Part shown: one piece after another, positions 1 to 13,475 of the stretch
Layout of the letters: each line of letters opens with the position of its first letter
Position numbering within the stretch: the first letter of the stretch is position 1
Assembly: GCF_006345805.1 (NCBI RefSeq)
Contig: NC_043009.1
Location: 20,646,001 to 20,710,000 of the forward strand
Length of the DNA stretch: 64,000 bases
DNA from: Octopus sinensis
Lineage: Eukaryota
Reading direction: 5' to 3'
Program-made: the position numbers and the translations under genes
The notes under the pieces: generated by a model
What the model saw: only the letters and a program-made list of their open reading frames with translations
What the model was told of the DNA's origin: nothing
Database searches by the model: none

Positions 1-184
1 ATTTCTGAACAGTTTTGCTGCCAATTTGTTTATGTAGTTTGATTTCCTTATCCTACTAAGATAGAGATGTGAGTAAAATTAATTATAGAGAAACGAAAAT
101 AAACTTTGGAAATAGCAACACCACCATTACATGTGGAAACCATGAGCATGCTTTCAAGGGAGATAATCAGAGAAAGACTTGAAA

Positions 185-425
185 GTCAATGCAAGATCAT
201 AATACTTCACATAAAGTAAATATTTCAAATAATCCAGAATCCTTGTCCAGTACCAGAGCAATCCCAAAATCTAACCAGTTTGTGTCAGTCATGAAGCCAA
301 ACATCCCTGAAAGTTTCATCCAAATCCATCCAGCGGTTCTTGAGATATCTTGTCCACAAACAAACAAACAAACATGAGTGAAAACAATACCTCCATCTTT
401 GCTAAGACAGAGGCAATAATAATAA
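185..425 (-). mobile_element. Non-autonomous Helentron-associated (HINE/DINE-1-like) interspersed element
   Basis: The minus strand reads ...ggaggtattgttttcactcatgtttgtttgtttgtttgtggacaagatatctcaagaaccgctggatggatttggatgaaactttca..., the (GTTT)n + 'atctcaagaacc..gat..gatgaaactt' layout typical of HINE/DINE-1-like elements. The family call is inference. Confidence 0.45.
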
Positions 426-945
426 TAAGAAGAAGAAAGATGGTTGTCTTGGTATAAAAGATGGTCTACAGCAAATATTCTGCTCAATACCACAGATTAG
501 CTTGTCAGTTGTTTGACCGTAACCAGTTGAGCATGTCCCTTAGTGGCTGAAGATATGTGCATCTCTGATCATGAGCAGAAGTAGTGGGGAAGCATCATAG
601 CCTTGCGTTGAAAGGAATACTTGGAGGTTTGGATAATTCACCTTTGGAAACATGGGTGGTTCGTTCAACATCCTTAAACAATCCTTATTCAGGGACCTTT
701 TGAGCAGGATGGGCTACTCAGCCAGAAGAAAATTCTAAGTGGGCCCCACCTGCAAGGCCATGCACTGTTTATCCTGATATGAGATCACCATGTTGCGCAC
801 ATGGTTGTGATGCATGTGCCTGGTGTACCCTTATTAGACAGGTAGTCATGATGGGTATACTGGGCTTCGTATATTTGTACCCCAGTGTCACTTTGATGGC
901 ATGCACTGCTCTCTCGCTCAATAATAATGATGATGATGATGATGA

Positions 946-1258
946 ACATAAACATGAACCAGAAGGAGTCACCAAGAACAAGGAATGTAAGATACTGTGG
1001 GATTTTACAATCCAATGTGACTCCCTAATCAAGGCTTGGAAACCAGAAATTGTTGTGGTAGATAAAGAAGAAAAGGAAACCAGGATCATAGATATTGCAA
1101 TATCTGGGGATGCATGCCTAAGTGACAAAGAAGTAGAAAAGATCAAAAAGTACAGACTGCCAAAAGATGAAATTGGAAGAGTATGAGAAGAGTGTCTGTC
1201 ATTCCAGTAGTTGTAGGGACACTTGGAGCACTGACAACCAAGTTCAAGAAATTCATTT
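946..1258 (+). mobile_element. R4/Dong-like non-LTR retrotransposon fragment (restriction-like endonuclease domain)
   Basis: HEPEGVTKNKECKILWDFTIQCDSLIKAWKPEIVVVDKEEKETRIIDIAISGD...EKIKKY matches the RLE motif (LWD..IQTD....RPDIV......IID....D....EK..KY). Degenerate after 1186. Confidence 0.85.
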
Positions 1259-1261
1259 CAT

Positions 1262-1595
1262 TCATCATCATTGTTTAACATCTGTTTTTCATGCTAGCAT
1301 GTGTTGGACGGTTTGACCGGGGTCTGGGAAGCCAGGAGGCTGCACTAGGCTCCAATCTGATCTGGCAGTGTTTCTACAGCTGGATGCCCTTCCTAACGCC
1401 AACAACTCCAAGAGTGTAGTGGGTGCTTTTCACGTGCCACCAGCACTGGTGCCAGGGGAGGCTGGCAGCAGCCACGATCTGTTGGTGCTTTTTACGTGTC
1501 AGCGGCACAGAAGCCAGTCAAAGCAGTGCTGGCATTGGCCACATTCGGATGGTGCTTTTTACATGCCACCGGCACAGGGATCACAACTACAATTT
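1262..1595 (-). mobile_element. RTE-tail SINE-like repeat (abundant family)
   Basis: catcatc.tttaac.tc.gtttt.catgctagcatg.gttggacggtttgacc...ctggatgcccttcctaacgccaac; the same unit recurs more than 10 times in the window with (GAT)n tails. Confidence 0.75.
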
Positions 1596-2204
1596 CCATA
1601 GAAATTGGAATTGATATGAGAGCAGAGCAAGGCCAAAAAACTGTTCTGCTGGGGACAGCAGTATATTTCAATGTAACCATTGTAAGAAAAGAGTCAATGT
1701 TAGACTCTTTATGATTATCAGAACCTAACAACTTGTTATTGATGTATGTAAACAATAAAGATTTACATTTTTGGAACTACATCACTGCTTTTAGATTCCT
1801 AGAGTTAGAATTTTGTCAGAGTACATTCAGTTGCATTTTCTGTCTTTTAATAATTTAATCAAAAAGGGTGAGAAGCATTCAACCCTTTTTAAATGTCTCA
1901 GGGGAAAGAAACAGAAGGTTGGATTCCCAATCTAAATATGTGTCCTTGTTGTTAACTTTGAATCCTCCTTAAAGAAATACAACTTGGCTCTGTTATTCTA
2001 CACCAAATTTCTTTGTAAGAAGATTAATTGTAATGATTAACATTAAAGGTTAAATTTTAGATAAATTAAGCATTTGTTTTCACCTTAATGTCGCTGTAAA
2101 ATTTACTATAAATTGTTGTTCAATTGATGTCAAATTTTCTTGAAATCTGTCTCCTTTTATTTTTTAAATATTAAAGTTTTGTTTTATTTATTTCTTCGTT
2201 TCAG

Positions 2205-2567
2205 ATGCACAACTGGCAATGGCCACGAGTCAGTGGGAAAGATAAATGTTTACACGCAGTGTTTTTCATCAATTTGCTGATAATGATCTCCTGTGCAGTA
2301 GCAACAGTAATGTGTTTTCTTTCAGACAATGGACAGGTACAAAAAAGTACCAAAAATAAAGTGAAACTCACCACGGAAGAAGTGATAACGTTGTCATCTG
2401 GGGTTATGTTTTTTGTTTCGTTCTTTGTTGCAATGACAGTAGAAATCAAAGCTAAACACACCATTTACAAACTGTTTGTGAAATTTATTATGCAAAACAC
2501 TGAATGGGAAATTGATCCTTATGACCAGCAAAATGACCCAACATTTACTGCTCCTCAGTATGTATAA
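2205..2567 (+). CDS. Terminal coding exon of a MARCH (RING-CH) family membrane E3 ubiquitin ligase-like protein: two TM helices and C-terminal tail
   Basis: Polypyrimidine tract + tttcag acceptor at 2204, phase 0. MHNWQW..., two hydrophobic segments, then IYKLFVKFIMQNTEWEIDPYD, resembling the MARCH post-TM2 motif (vYriFkrW.a.N..W.v.nYD). Stop TAA at 2565-2567; AATAAA near 3405 and 3504. The RING-CH exons are not in the window. Confidence 0.6.
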   Translation: MHNWQWPRVSGKDKCLHAVFFINLLIMISCAVATVMCFLSDNGQVQKSTKNKVKLTTEEVITLSSGVMFFVSFFVAMTVEIKAKHTIYKLFVKFIMQNTEWEIDPYDQQNDPTFTAPQYV

Positions 2568-5500
2568 ACATAGAATTTATGACGATATTACTTAAAAGCC
2601 TATTTTGGAAGCATTTACTCAACAAATTGCACTCTAGTTCATTCAACTAATACTAAAACATAATCTATAAATGATCTTCATACCTGATACTATGGAGAGC
2701 TCTGGCTTCTTAATTGCTTTTCTTTTTCTCTGCTTTGACATTTAAATACAAATTTGTCTGATGTTGATAAAATTCTATCATTTTTATGTGTTAACATTTG
2801 TAAAAATAATGCATTATTTTTCAAATGTTTATTACCAATGGGTTGGAATTTAATTTGCTATGAATTAATCGAAGGCATTAAGTAGACCTTATCTCAAAGT
2901 TAGAGTTATTATTATTACTACTACTATTATTATTATTATTTTTTTTTTTTTAATAGTGTGTTTATATTTTAGGAAAATAACTTCAATAATTAATTTGTTG
3001 AATAAATCACAAGAATTGTTATCCAGAAATATTTAAAGAGATTGTTAGTGGAACTTAGTTCTCTTGGCATTTTTTGTTAAGTTTTATTTCCTTGAGTTGT
3101 CTGTTCCATTAAGACAAACTTAGTTTTGCTTATTATAGCAGTTTATTATTATTTTACTATTTCTGTTCTTAAGCCATATGTTTATGAAATAGATACTGGG
3201 GATAATCCGAGGGAGCATTTAGTTTTGGTAGCTTGCTAATAGATACTGGTCTGACTGAGATGTTGTTAGTAAAAGACTTCCAATATGATTTCTCTTTAGG
3301 TAGGGAGTAGAGAGAGGAGGAGGAGGATTAGGTCAGTGACTCAGCTGAACTAGTTGAGTCACTCAACTAAACTAGTTGAGTCACTTGACTAAACAATCCA
3401 CTGGAATAAAGGCTCTTGCTTATTCCATCCCACTCTGTTCTTACAAAACTATCTTTATGGCTAAAAGTGAAATCATACCTAAAACCATATCGATCTATCT
3501 AGCTATCTGCCTGTCTGTATGTCCATCTATCGTTAAAAAAATTCTAGGCTGGTTCATCCTTACAATAAAACACTAAACTCTATAATGTCCTTTTTTAAAT
3601 GTAAACTCCTTCTCTTCTAACTTCAGTACAGTTCTCTAATTTCTTCTTAGCCTCAAAGACTTTGTGAAATCTTCCAAGATGTGTTTCAGGTATTTTGCTG
3701 CTATGGGTTTGTTGATCTCATACCTGCCCTCAAAATGGGTTCTTAATGTTTTCCCCCACCCCACCCAAACTCTGTAAAATCCTATGGTGCCAATAATGAA
3801 GAAGGTTCATGTTCTAAGTGTAACAATTTATTTCTGTGTTCAAATGAGATTTGTATGTTGACAACTTTGTGAATGGTTGGTGTGTTGTTGTGACACACAA
3901 TTAATTTGTTGAGCAAACATTTAAAGTATCTGAAGGACATTCCAGAAGGAAAGTGTGTAAAGTCCTTTCAAGAAGCAATATAAGAAGGAAAGAGAGAACT
4001 GTATCCAAACTAGAAAATATTTTAAAATTGCCCTAATACGGAATTTATTTTCTTACACAGCTGATATCAAGTCAGCCCCATCTCATCTCTATTATATTTG
4101 CACACATTCTAGTCTGCTGTGAATAGGAAACTGATGGGGAAACGTTTCTTTTCCTCTCTTCAGAGCCATAAAACAATAGATATTTCATTGCATGCAATAT
4201 CTATTCTTTATTCTTTATAGAATGCCATCTTATAAAACTCAATGCATTTGCATACATCTAGAAAATATATTTTCTCTTTACAAACTCTTTTTCCTGCTGG
4301 TCTGGCATGAACTGGATCCAAGGAAGCATCATACCAGCTGACACTGATTAGCAATATAATATCAAAACTAATGAACATAAGTGATCAAAGAAAGACTTTT
4401 GGGGGCTATTAATTAATACTTGTAAACGAATGAGTAAACTCAGTCCTTATTAAATGTACATAGACACACATATACACACACACACACAAACATCTATATA
4501 TTGTCACATTACATCTTCAGTTTCAACGTGATAATTAAGACTGAGATTATTACATTCTGTTAATTAGCCCTTGTTTTAAAACCATTTACCTCTTTGACAC
4601 AAATATTCCTGTTTGGAGAAATGAGGAGGAAAGCTGAGTGTACAGCTCTAATGAACTCTCTTGATATAACGACCTGGTTTTTATAGGATTTCTTAACGAT
4701 ATCAAACGAAATGTTTCAGAAAGAAAAACTGTTTGCTATGAAAGAAGAAAACAACCTTTTTATCTAATTCTAAACATTTGGTATTTTGTTATTGCTTTCT
4801 GCTTGGAAACGGTTTCTTTGTCACACATATAAATACTCAGACTTAACTCTCAGTGACATAACTAAGAAATATGGTTTCTACATCCTTGTTAAGCTTCACA
4901 ATCTCAGTCTTTCAAAAGAAAAAAAAAAACAAACAAAAATAACAGAAAAAAAAAAGAAACAATCATTTCAAACCAAATTTCTCTGAACTTTGTCTAGATT
5001 CCTGAAGAGTAACTGGATGCATTATATTTATGCACTCAAAAGGCAGCTTTCATTCACACTAACCTAAACAAATGTTATTGTATATCATGATTAAACAATA
5101 AACACACGGGATCTGCAATAATATGGAATGCTTTTTCAGGACACAACTACAGTGTTGCCGTTGTTCTTCAGAGCCTTTTTGTTTTGTTTTGAGGGGTCGG
5201 GGGTAACGGGAGAGATTGATAAAACAAAACAAAGAAAAAAGATGATAGCATGCCACTATGTGTAATTCATGTTTCTTTCATTCTGAAATGATGCAGCATT
5301 GATATATAATTCAAAATTTCAACATAATCAGTATTCAAAGAAATGCTTCACAGCTATTCTATCAGAGACTTACCAAACATTGTAATAATTCTATTATTAT
5401 CGATATATCTGTGAATATCAGACAATAAATGAAGTTGGTGATATTTTTTAATGAAATAACTTGTTTTATAAATATTTTAGCTTTCTTGCTTTTGTCTTTT

Positions 5501-6252
5501 ATCTATCTGTGTATGAGTTTGTGTATATGTGTGTATATAATTGTGTGTGTGTGCGAGAGAGAGAGGGAAAGAGAGTGAATCTATATGAAATATGTATGAT
5601 TACTGAGGTGAGTGTGTGCATGTGTGTGTGTAAAGACGGTTGTTTGAAGACAGTGCAAGGACAATTTTCCTTTTCAACCTATTAGATATATATATCTATT
5701 CATGGTGTATCCATCCGTGAGTTATTAGCCTTTATCAACGAAACACTCTCTGTATTTAAACCTTTTTTTTTTTTCTATTTACAATAAATGAATCAACTTT
5801 TAAATCACATCAGTATGATTCATCTCATCAATAAATTCCTTTTATTTACAATTCACTGTTTTTTTTTTTAAACCTTGTTTACATTGGCTGTGCATGCAAA
5901 ATTAGGTGAATTCACAGACAGAGCCTCACCAAAGTAAATAGTTGCAACCATAAATGTGCGTGAAGACATTAAATGTAAATTTACTTGTTTGATGAGAAAA
6001 TTTATTGTAGAGATTCAGCATTTGGTAACAGAGATCCTTGAGGAATCTCATCTCTTACTAGGGACATTTTTGCAGAGAAATTTGCTCACTTCTCTTAGCA
6101 GGTTGAATGACTATGGAAGACAAGGCTGTCTCTTTGCTTCAGTCTGTCTCAATGAATATTCTAGTTCCAATTTCTAAATTTACTGTTGGTAGAAAGAATA
6201 GCAGGAATATTCAGTTTTAAAGAGAACCGGCGTTGAAATATTGAACCTATAT

Positions 6253-6289
6253 CTATGCTGCCAAAGTCTGAAAAACCTTCTTGTTGACT
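6253..6289 (-). CDS. Candidate terminal exon of an unidentified minus-strand gene
   Basis: Strong minus-strand acceptor catctatttttctcttctag (AG at 6291-6290) followed by AT-rich UTR-like sequence. Frame unresolved: VNKKVFQTLAA* (phase 2) or SQQEGFSDFGSIDIG...NWN* (phase 0, to about 6161). No homology recognised. Confidence 0.25.
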
Positions 6290-6369
6290 CTAGAAGAGAA
6301 AAATAGATGTAAATATGTCAGTTGTGCATATGTACGTGTGTGTGTATGTGTGTACATACATATATACAT

Positions 6370-6610
6370 GCGTGTCGGTGACACGTAAAAACACCAACCG
6401 ATCGTGGCCGTTTGCCAGCCTTCCCTGGCACGTAAAAAACACCCACTACACTCAAGGAGTGGTTGGCATTAGGAAGGGCATCCAACTGTAGAAATACTGC
6501 CAGATCAGACTGGAGCCTGGTGCAGCCTCCTGGCTTCCCAGACCCCGGTCGAACCATCCAACCCATGCTAGCATGGAAAACAGACATTAAACGATGATGA
6601 TGATGATGAT
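6370..6610 (+). mobile_element. RTE-tail SINE-like repeat followed by (TA)n(GA)n
   Basis: ggcattaggaagggcatccaactgtagaaa...cccatgctagcatggaaaacagacattaaacgatgatgatg. Confidence 0.75.
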
Positions 6611-6616
6611 ATATAT

Positions 6617-6683
<67 letters not shown>

Positions 6684-7044
6684 CAGACAGAGAGAGAAAG
6701 AGAAAGCCATCTCTGTATCATTGTTAATATATATACATCATTGACAAGCAAATTACTGCAGTATTTAATTTGAGATAACACCTCTCATGGACATGCTCTG
6801 TTTAAAAACACAATAAATCAGAGATGAAAAATTACTCCAGCAAGAATGCCAGATGCATTTCAGACTATTCTCTCCTTCCAATATTCATTTTTTTTTTTTA
6901 TCTTTTCAATCCAGCACATCCATAAGGGATGTTGTCTATGGATAAATACTGTTTTAACTTAACTGTCAATGATGTGTATACATTCAGATGATGCATAGAT
7001 GACTATTTTAATAATTTAATGCTGCCTTAATTGCACATACAGGT

Positions 7045-7103
<59 letters not shown>

Positions 7104-9879
7104 ATGATAATGGTAATGATTTATTATCATTAGGCCACAGCATGTTAAATAATTACATTCATCCCTGGAAGAATGAAAGACAAAGACAATGTAGAACCCC
7201 TCTTCATGGTCCAAGACATTCTCTGGAATACTGGCCACACATGTAGCACAGTGCTGCTGCTTCATCCGTACAGACACGACAGATTGGTCAGTCACCAACA
7301 TATTGGTCCAACCTTTGGCTCATAGATATGCTGTGTTTTCTCCCTGTTTCTTCAGTTGCTACAAAGGTGGCCTCTACTTCCTGAAACTCTGTGGTCCTTT
7401 TAACCTTTTCCTCAATCACTCTTGATTCACTCATTTCTTCTCATCCCACTGTACACCCCCCACCCACCCCACACACACATTGACCATTGACCCAGTTCTT
7501 TTTCCTCCAGGATATTATCCCTCTGCAACTCCTGCTCTGTCCTTGTTTCTTCTGCGGTTGTCCACTTGCAACAATTCAATACCAATAACATCAATGTGAC
7601 TAGTGTTGGAGAATTTGTAGGGGCCATAGGGCACAGCACATTCAGACTTTTAAAGGCAAGGGGCCAAATTTGATCCCACAACTGAGATACTCAGAGCTTG
7701 TGATAATATAAACCGTTGCCTCCACCTTAATCTTTTCTCTAACCATTTCTTACATCCACGCATTTCAGAGGTTGGTGTGAACTAACCCCCTGTCCATAAC
7801 TGGTAGACATAGCCAACATTGTTTAGAGACTTTTGAATAATAATAAGAAAGGAAATGTTACTTCTCCATCAGAAAGACAAGATTCTCGTGGCCAGTAAGA
7901 TCACAATCTTTGAAAACCATCTAATATTCCTGGGAATTCTTGCCATTATTACTCTGTTGTCAGATTTTGTGAAAAATAATTTAAATCCTGAGACATATGT
8001 AAACAACAGCAGCTACCACATGGTCATTTGACCTGCAAGAAATAGCAGCTAGTTTCCTTCAGATGATATCATCTTTAAAAAAGTTACATTATTATGCATA
8101 GTATACACTTGTGCAAACATCCAACAGAAAACCTGTGATCAAGACAGTGCAGCCATAACCATCCTATGTGTTCCCTGTCTTCATGGAACCTGTGAACCTA
8201 CCCAATTATCTAAGACAGCAAGGTGTGATTTAGGGAGATTTAGTAGCTATTTATAGCAGATCGAGTGAAATTATAGTACCATCTCAGTGACTCATACATT
8301 CTTGGTCATAACAGTTGGGCTTTCTTCTTCTTTGAGTCTCAACAAGTATTTGACTTTTTATGACAGAACAAAAAACCAAGAAGGAAGTACTTGAAAATGG
8401 CAATCAAAGAGAGAAACTAGAATATTTTCAAGTCTTAAAACAAAATAAATTCAAGAGAATGGAAATGGATAGGAAAGGATGAAGGCAGAAAATCAAGAGT
8501 TACATTATTTAGGAGCAATAATACCAAGAATTAGACAGATTTAAAAGCCAGAGAATGTATATAAGAAGAACCACAGGAGAAATATTGAGATGGTTATTCC
8601 ATGGTATTGAACCTACAGGAAGTGGATGATAGTGTTGGTGGAGATAGCAATGAGGATAATATTAGAATATGAAGACCTTGCAAGTGACAAGTGTTGAGTG
8701 TTTCATGGAATAGAACTGATAGATTTTGAAATCCATACACAGAGCAGGAGAGTTAAAGTAATACAAAAATGCTAACAATTTCTTGCTTTAAAAGTATTTC
8801 ATTAGATCACATCTTATTTATTTAGTTATGTTTGGAAAAAAAAACACTATATGTATTCTCCATTTGTGCAATCTCTGAAGAGCATGTTGCATTAGTTAAG
8901 CACACTGTTATCTAACAGCCAGTGCAAAACCAATCAGTAAGTTTAGCTGAAATGGATCTATAATTTCTATACTTTGATTAATTTATACACATAGTTATGT
9001 GTGTGCATCTATTTGGTCATTGATACCAATATGAATGTATGCATATGCATAGAGAAAAACTTTTCCAGTTCCAATATATTTCATTAAAAATTTAGTTTTG
9101 TTTTATGATTCAGATATTTTATTTTTAATTCAAAAAATTAATTTTTTGGTTGATGTTTTTTTTTTAGGTCATTTAAACAACTTTACCCTCCCTTCCCAAA
9201 TTATATTGGACTCTTCCAGAATTATTAGGTCTTATTATTGGAATGTTCCACTATAAAATGTCACAATTATGTATTTGGTGTCTGTTGGGTTTATAAAGCA
9301 TTTTTTGTTTCTTTGCTACTCTCCACAGAATGGTAAGTCAGAAAATGACATTGCTTCTTGGAATATTGACTTGAAAAAGGCAGCTGACATTTTCTGTCTT
9401 TGTCATTTCATTATTGGTAAGTGCCATTATTATTCTAAAATACCATCTTTAAAAATAAACAATTCCTTGCAATATTATAGATTTTGTTTAATCCCAGGTC
9501 ATGAACCAGCAGAGATATGATCGAAGGTGTTCCAGCTATGGCCACCCATTTCTATAGTGAATCTGGGAAGATATTACTTAATGTTGTTATTTAAGCCCTG
9601 ATCCAGCAGACATATGATTACAGACGTTCCAACAGTGAACATCCCATCTTTTAGACAAATTGGTGTATACACGATATATACACATCAAAGCTCAAGGGTC
9701 CTTCTTGAGCCATAAGCTCATAAGGCCAGTTTCCCAGATTCTGTGGCATATATATTTCCCATCTGGGACAGGATGCTGGTCCATTGCAGGATATATATAT
9801 ATATATACATGCCAGTGTATATAATACATATAGACAAGAAAATAAACTACTGATATATATTCGGAGAGCTGATGCTATT

Positions 9880-10500
9880 TACTCAGTTCTTCTACACAGT
9901 TAGTAGCTTTCCTCTCTGTCAACCCTAAAAGCTTTATGATATTTTGTATTAAGCTTTTCTGTTTACTTGTCTGGCGGAAGGGGCAGGTCACATGGGCCAC
10001 TCCCCCAAGACTGGTGAGGTTGATGCCATTTATATTTCTCTTGGACTGTCGTAAGTTAACACCTGCAAGAAAGATCAATTTGGTGTTGTTAGAGCAGAAT
10101 TGGACACAACAAGGTGGGGTGAGGATAAAAGAAGAAGAGACAAATGGTTAGAGATGCTTGAGTGGAAGTGGTGGCATGAGCCCAGTCAGTTCCAAAGAGC
10201 AGAGGCCATTATAGTAGTGGTAAATAAACAGGAAGAGGAGAGTGTGTCTGTGTGACTTTATACCAATTGGTTGCGTGACTCTTTTCCAGATGTGATCTAG
10301 GATGTTTGTGTATAGAGTAAAAGCAGCAACACTATTGTGGGCCTCACTTGAGCTTTATAAGGCATCAATAACTATTGTAGAATGAAGTATCTCCTGGCCA
10401 TGAAAAGAAGGACCAGTCCTTACAGTGTGATCCTAGCTGTGTTAAGGAAGTGTTTTCATCAGGAGATAAGATTCTGATCCCCACCTGTCTTCACTCATTT
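9880..10500 (+). mobile_element. Old, heavily decayed CR1-like RT relic
   Basis: Fragments translate to GEVDAIYI (cf. eVDaiYLDF) and GRS.. (cf. GFr.GRSC). Many stops and frameshifts. Confidence 0.35.
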
Positions 10501-10939
10501 CAAAACTCATTAATCCACTGCCAACTACATTGACAACTTTTGACATAGATTGTTAAATTTTAGTGGCTAAAATCCCACATCAAATTCTAGATATTCTCAT
10601 TCACAGATTCCATTTAAAATAATGGTTTCAATTATTGTCTCCTTGCCAACATTCTCTTGTAGATTCACATCATATATAACCATCATCACCATCACCATTA
10701 TCATCATCATCATCATCAACAACAACATCCATTCTTCTACACTTTCATAAGTCTGAAATTTATTAAGGAAAATTTTATGACTGGATGCCCTTCCTGTCAC
10801 CAACCCATATTTGCTTCCAAATAAGGTAATATTTTCCAAAGTCCTTCAAACATAAATAGCACGATGGCTGGATATGATTTCATTGTTTGTTTGACAGGTA
10901 CATTTCTTCCAATGCTCTCATTGTCCTCAGGTAACAATA

Positions 10940-12250
10940 AAAGGTCCTGGCTTCACTCTTTTCCTCTTGTGATTTCACTGTCTTCCAGAGACATGCAAAT
11001 GCCCTACCTACATGTCTATCTTCAAAAAGATTGCAAAGACCCTGAATATACAACTTACTCCCCATCACTACTCTTGCTCTCCTCAAACAGCCCTCAAAGG
11101 CCCAGTACACACTTCTACTGATCTCCCTCCTTTCAAACACCCCTCACATGTTCTGGCTATACTTCTTTCCTGCAGTGATTTCATTCTCTTCAAACAAACC
11201 AGAAACACCCTTGTTACACTTCTTTTGTCTTGAAACTTCATTCTCTGCAGACCCTAAATATCCAGATATGCTGCTTTCTCCAGTCATCTCCATATCTTCA
11301 AACTGCCTTCTTTCCTCCAGTTATTACATTCTCCTCAAAGCGCTTGCAAATGTCCATTCTACAGACCTTTTTTGAAGTGAACTTGTTTTCTGAATGCCTA
11401 AAAAGACTTACTACATGCCCTTTTTCTAGTCATCTCAGTCCCCTAACAGCATTCAAAAACCCTGGCTACATTCCTTTTCTTCTTCCAGTGACCTCACTGT
11501 CCTCAAATGACCACAAAGGCCCTATCTACACTCCTTTCCTACTGTCACTTTGCTGTCTTCAAGCAACCGGCACTGGCACCGTTTACACCTCTCATCCACT
11601 CATCTTACAGTCCTCAAATCACCTACAAAAGCTCCTTTTTTCATCCAGTTATTTCTTTGTCCAGGATGTCTGTACTTCTTTCCACCACTGCTCTCACTCT
11701 TCTCAAATGGCCTCCAAATACTTTGGTTACACAGATATCCTCCATTAACCTTATAGCCTCAAAGAAGCCTAAAAAGGCCCCGGCTTTATTCCTTTTGTCT
11801 AGTAACCTCATTCTCCTCAAACAACCTCCAAAGATTCTGGTTACACTCCTTTCCCCCCAGTGGTCTCCATTTACAAATGGCCTGCAAATACTATGGCTAC
11901 ACACCTGTCCACCACATTCCTCTGTCCTCAAATGGCCTGCAAAATCCCTTCCTATACCTTTCCTCCAGTGATCTCATTGTCATTGAACACCCTGCAAAGG
12001 CTCTGGTTACACATTTTTTTTCCTACGATCTCTCTGTTCTCAGATGGCTTGCATAGGCCATGGTTACACTTCTTTCCTTATGTGCCTTTCCTTCCTGCCT
12101 TCAAGTGGCCTGAAAAGGTCTGGCTATACTTCTCTCTTTAGTGACCTTACTGTTCCTAAAGGCATTAAATTGACTGTGGTTAGACTTTCTCCCTCTATAG
12201 ATCTCACTGTCCTCAAGTGGTCTGTGAAGCCTATAGACACTACCCCTTCC
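10940..12250. repeat. Degenerate ~50-60 bp minisatellite, pyrimidine-rich on the + strand
   Basis: Recurrent unit of roughly ggc(t)ctggttacacttctttcctccagtgatctcactgtcctcaaatggcctgcaaa, about two dozen diverged copies by eye. Confidence 0.75.
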
Positions 12251-13398
12251 TGCTGACCAAATCATTAAAAATAAAATCAACTCCTGTAAGATCCCTAAAA
12301 CTTTAAGACCCTATTTACCCACAGATAGCTCAATTGACAAGTCTTTGTTCCCTGCTCAGAAAAATGGATCAACTTGAAATTTTCTTCTCAATTTTTACTA
12401 ATTTTTTATCAATTCAGTCAATTTATTTCAACCACAATTGTAAGTATAAACAGAAAATAAACTAATAATGATATAATAATAATAATAATAATAATATTCA
12501 TCATCGGAAGAAGAACTGTTTTTAATAAAGGCACAAAGCCAAAGATTTGGTGAGGAAGATGTTAGTTGATACCATCAACTTCATTATCTTTTTTTTTTTT
12601 TAATTTTCAGTAAGCTGTATGCAGCTTTTTGTTTTGCTGTTAGCTCCAAGTGAAACCTCAACTCTATAAACCAATGCTTTAGAAAGACAAATTCCATTGA
12701 GAAGGCAAATATTAGAGTCGTTACAGTGACATGGAGGAAAAGAGAGTTGCATGTTTCTACTGGAAATGTTTTTGTTTTCGTTTTACCTGTATGGAAACAG
12801 ACAGGTTTTGGGTGCAATTGGACTTCACCATAACACTCATCATCATCAGCATCATTTTACATCTGCTTTTCATGCTGGCATCAGTTGGACAGATCATCAT
12901 GAACTACAGCTCTCTAAGACAAAGTGTTCTTACATGTACTTTGGTTTGATTTCTATGTCTGGATTCTGACCATTTTACTGAATGTTCTGGGTGCATTTTG
13001 TCACAGTCCCAATACTAGAGATGTTGATGAATTTCTGGACAAAGCAGGACTCAAAGAAACCCTTAATTGTACACTGTCTTTATGAAAGACCTTAATGACC
13101 AAAAACAAAATCTCATATACAAGCTGTGGTGTGTACACTAAGATGAATAGAAAATCAAACACAGAGTCTCATACTGAAGTAAAGAATGGTGTAGCAGACT
13201 CCATGCAGATGAGAGCCATCGATGAAGAGAAAGAGCAAATATGAGAGTTGATGTAAAACTTGCAGAAATAACAATTGACAAACGTCATTTCATATTCAGT
13301 TTAATGTGCGTCATGTTGTGTAACAAGTGATTTTATTCTGTCAAGAAGATACCAAGCACTAAATGTTAGTAAAGAGAGAACAAAATAAAAGAGTTTAC

Positions 13399-13475
13399 CC
13401 ATGGCTGCTGACTGCTGAAAAGATGATTCAAAAATAGCTAAAATGGCTGATGTGCAAGTGAGCTGTGATTGGACA
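13399..13475 (-). promoter_or_regulatory. Candidate minus-strand promoter/first exon (CCAAT, YY1-like, ATG G|gtaaac)
   Basis: The minus strand shows CCAAT (~13467-13471), CAGCCATTTT (YY1-like) and cagcagccATGG|gtaaac, a Kozak-like ATG at 13402-13400 with a phase-1 donor. Confidence 0.3.

Noticed and set aside
9870-9915. Minus-strand 42-nt exon candidate (GLTERKATNCVEEL)
   Set aside because: Overlaps a decayed CR1 RT relic on the other strand; likely chance splice signals.
11230-12141. ORFs of 93-172 aa over the minisatellite
   Set aside because: Stop-poor because of strand compositional bias; variable unit lengths break any frame.
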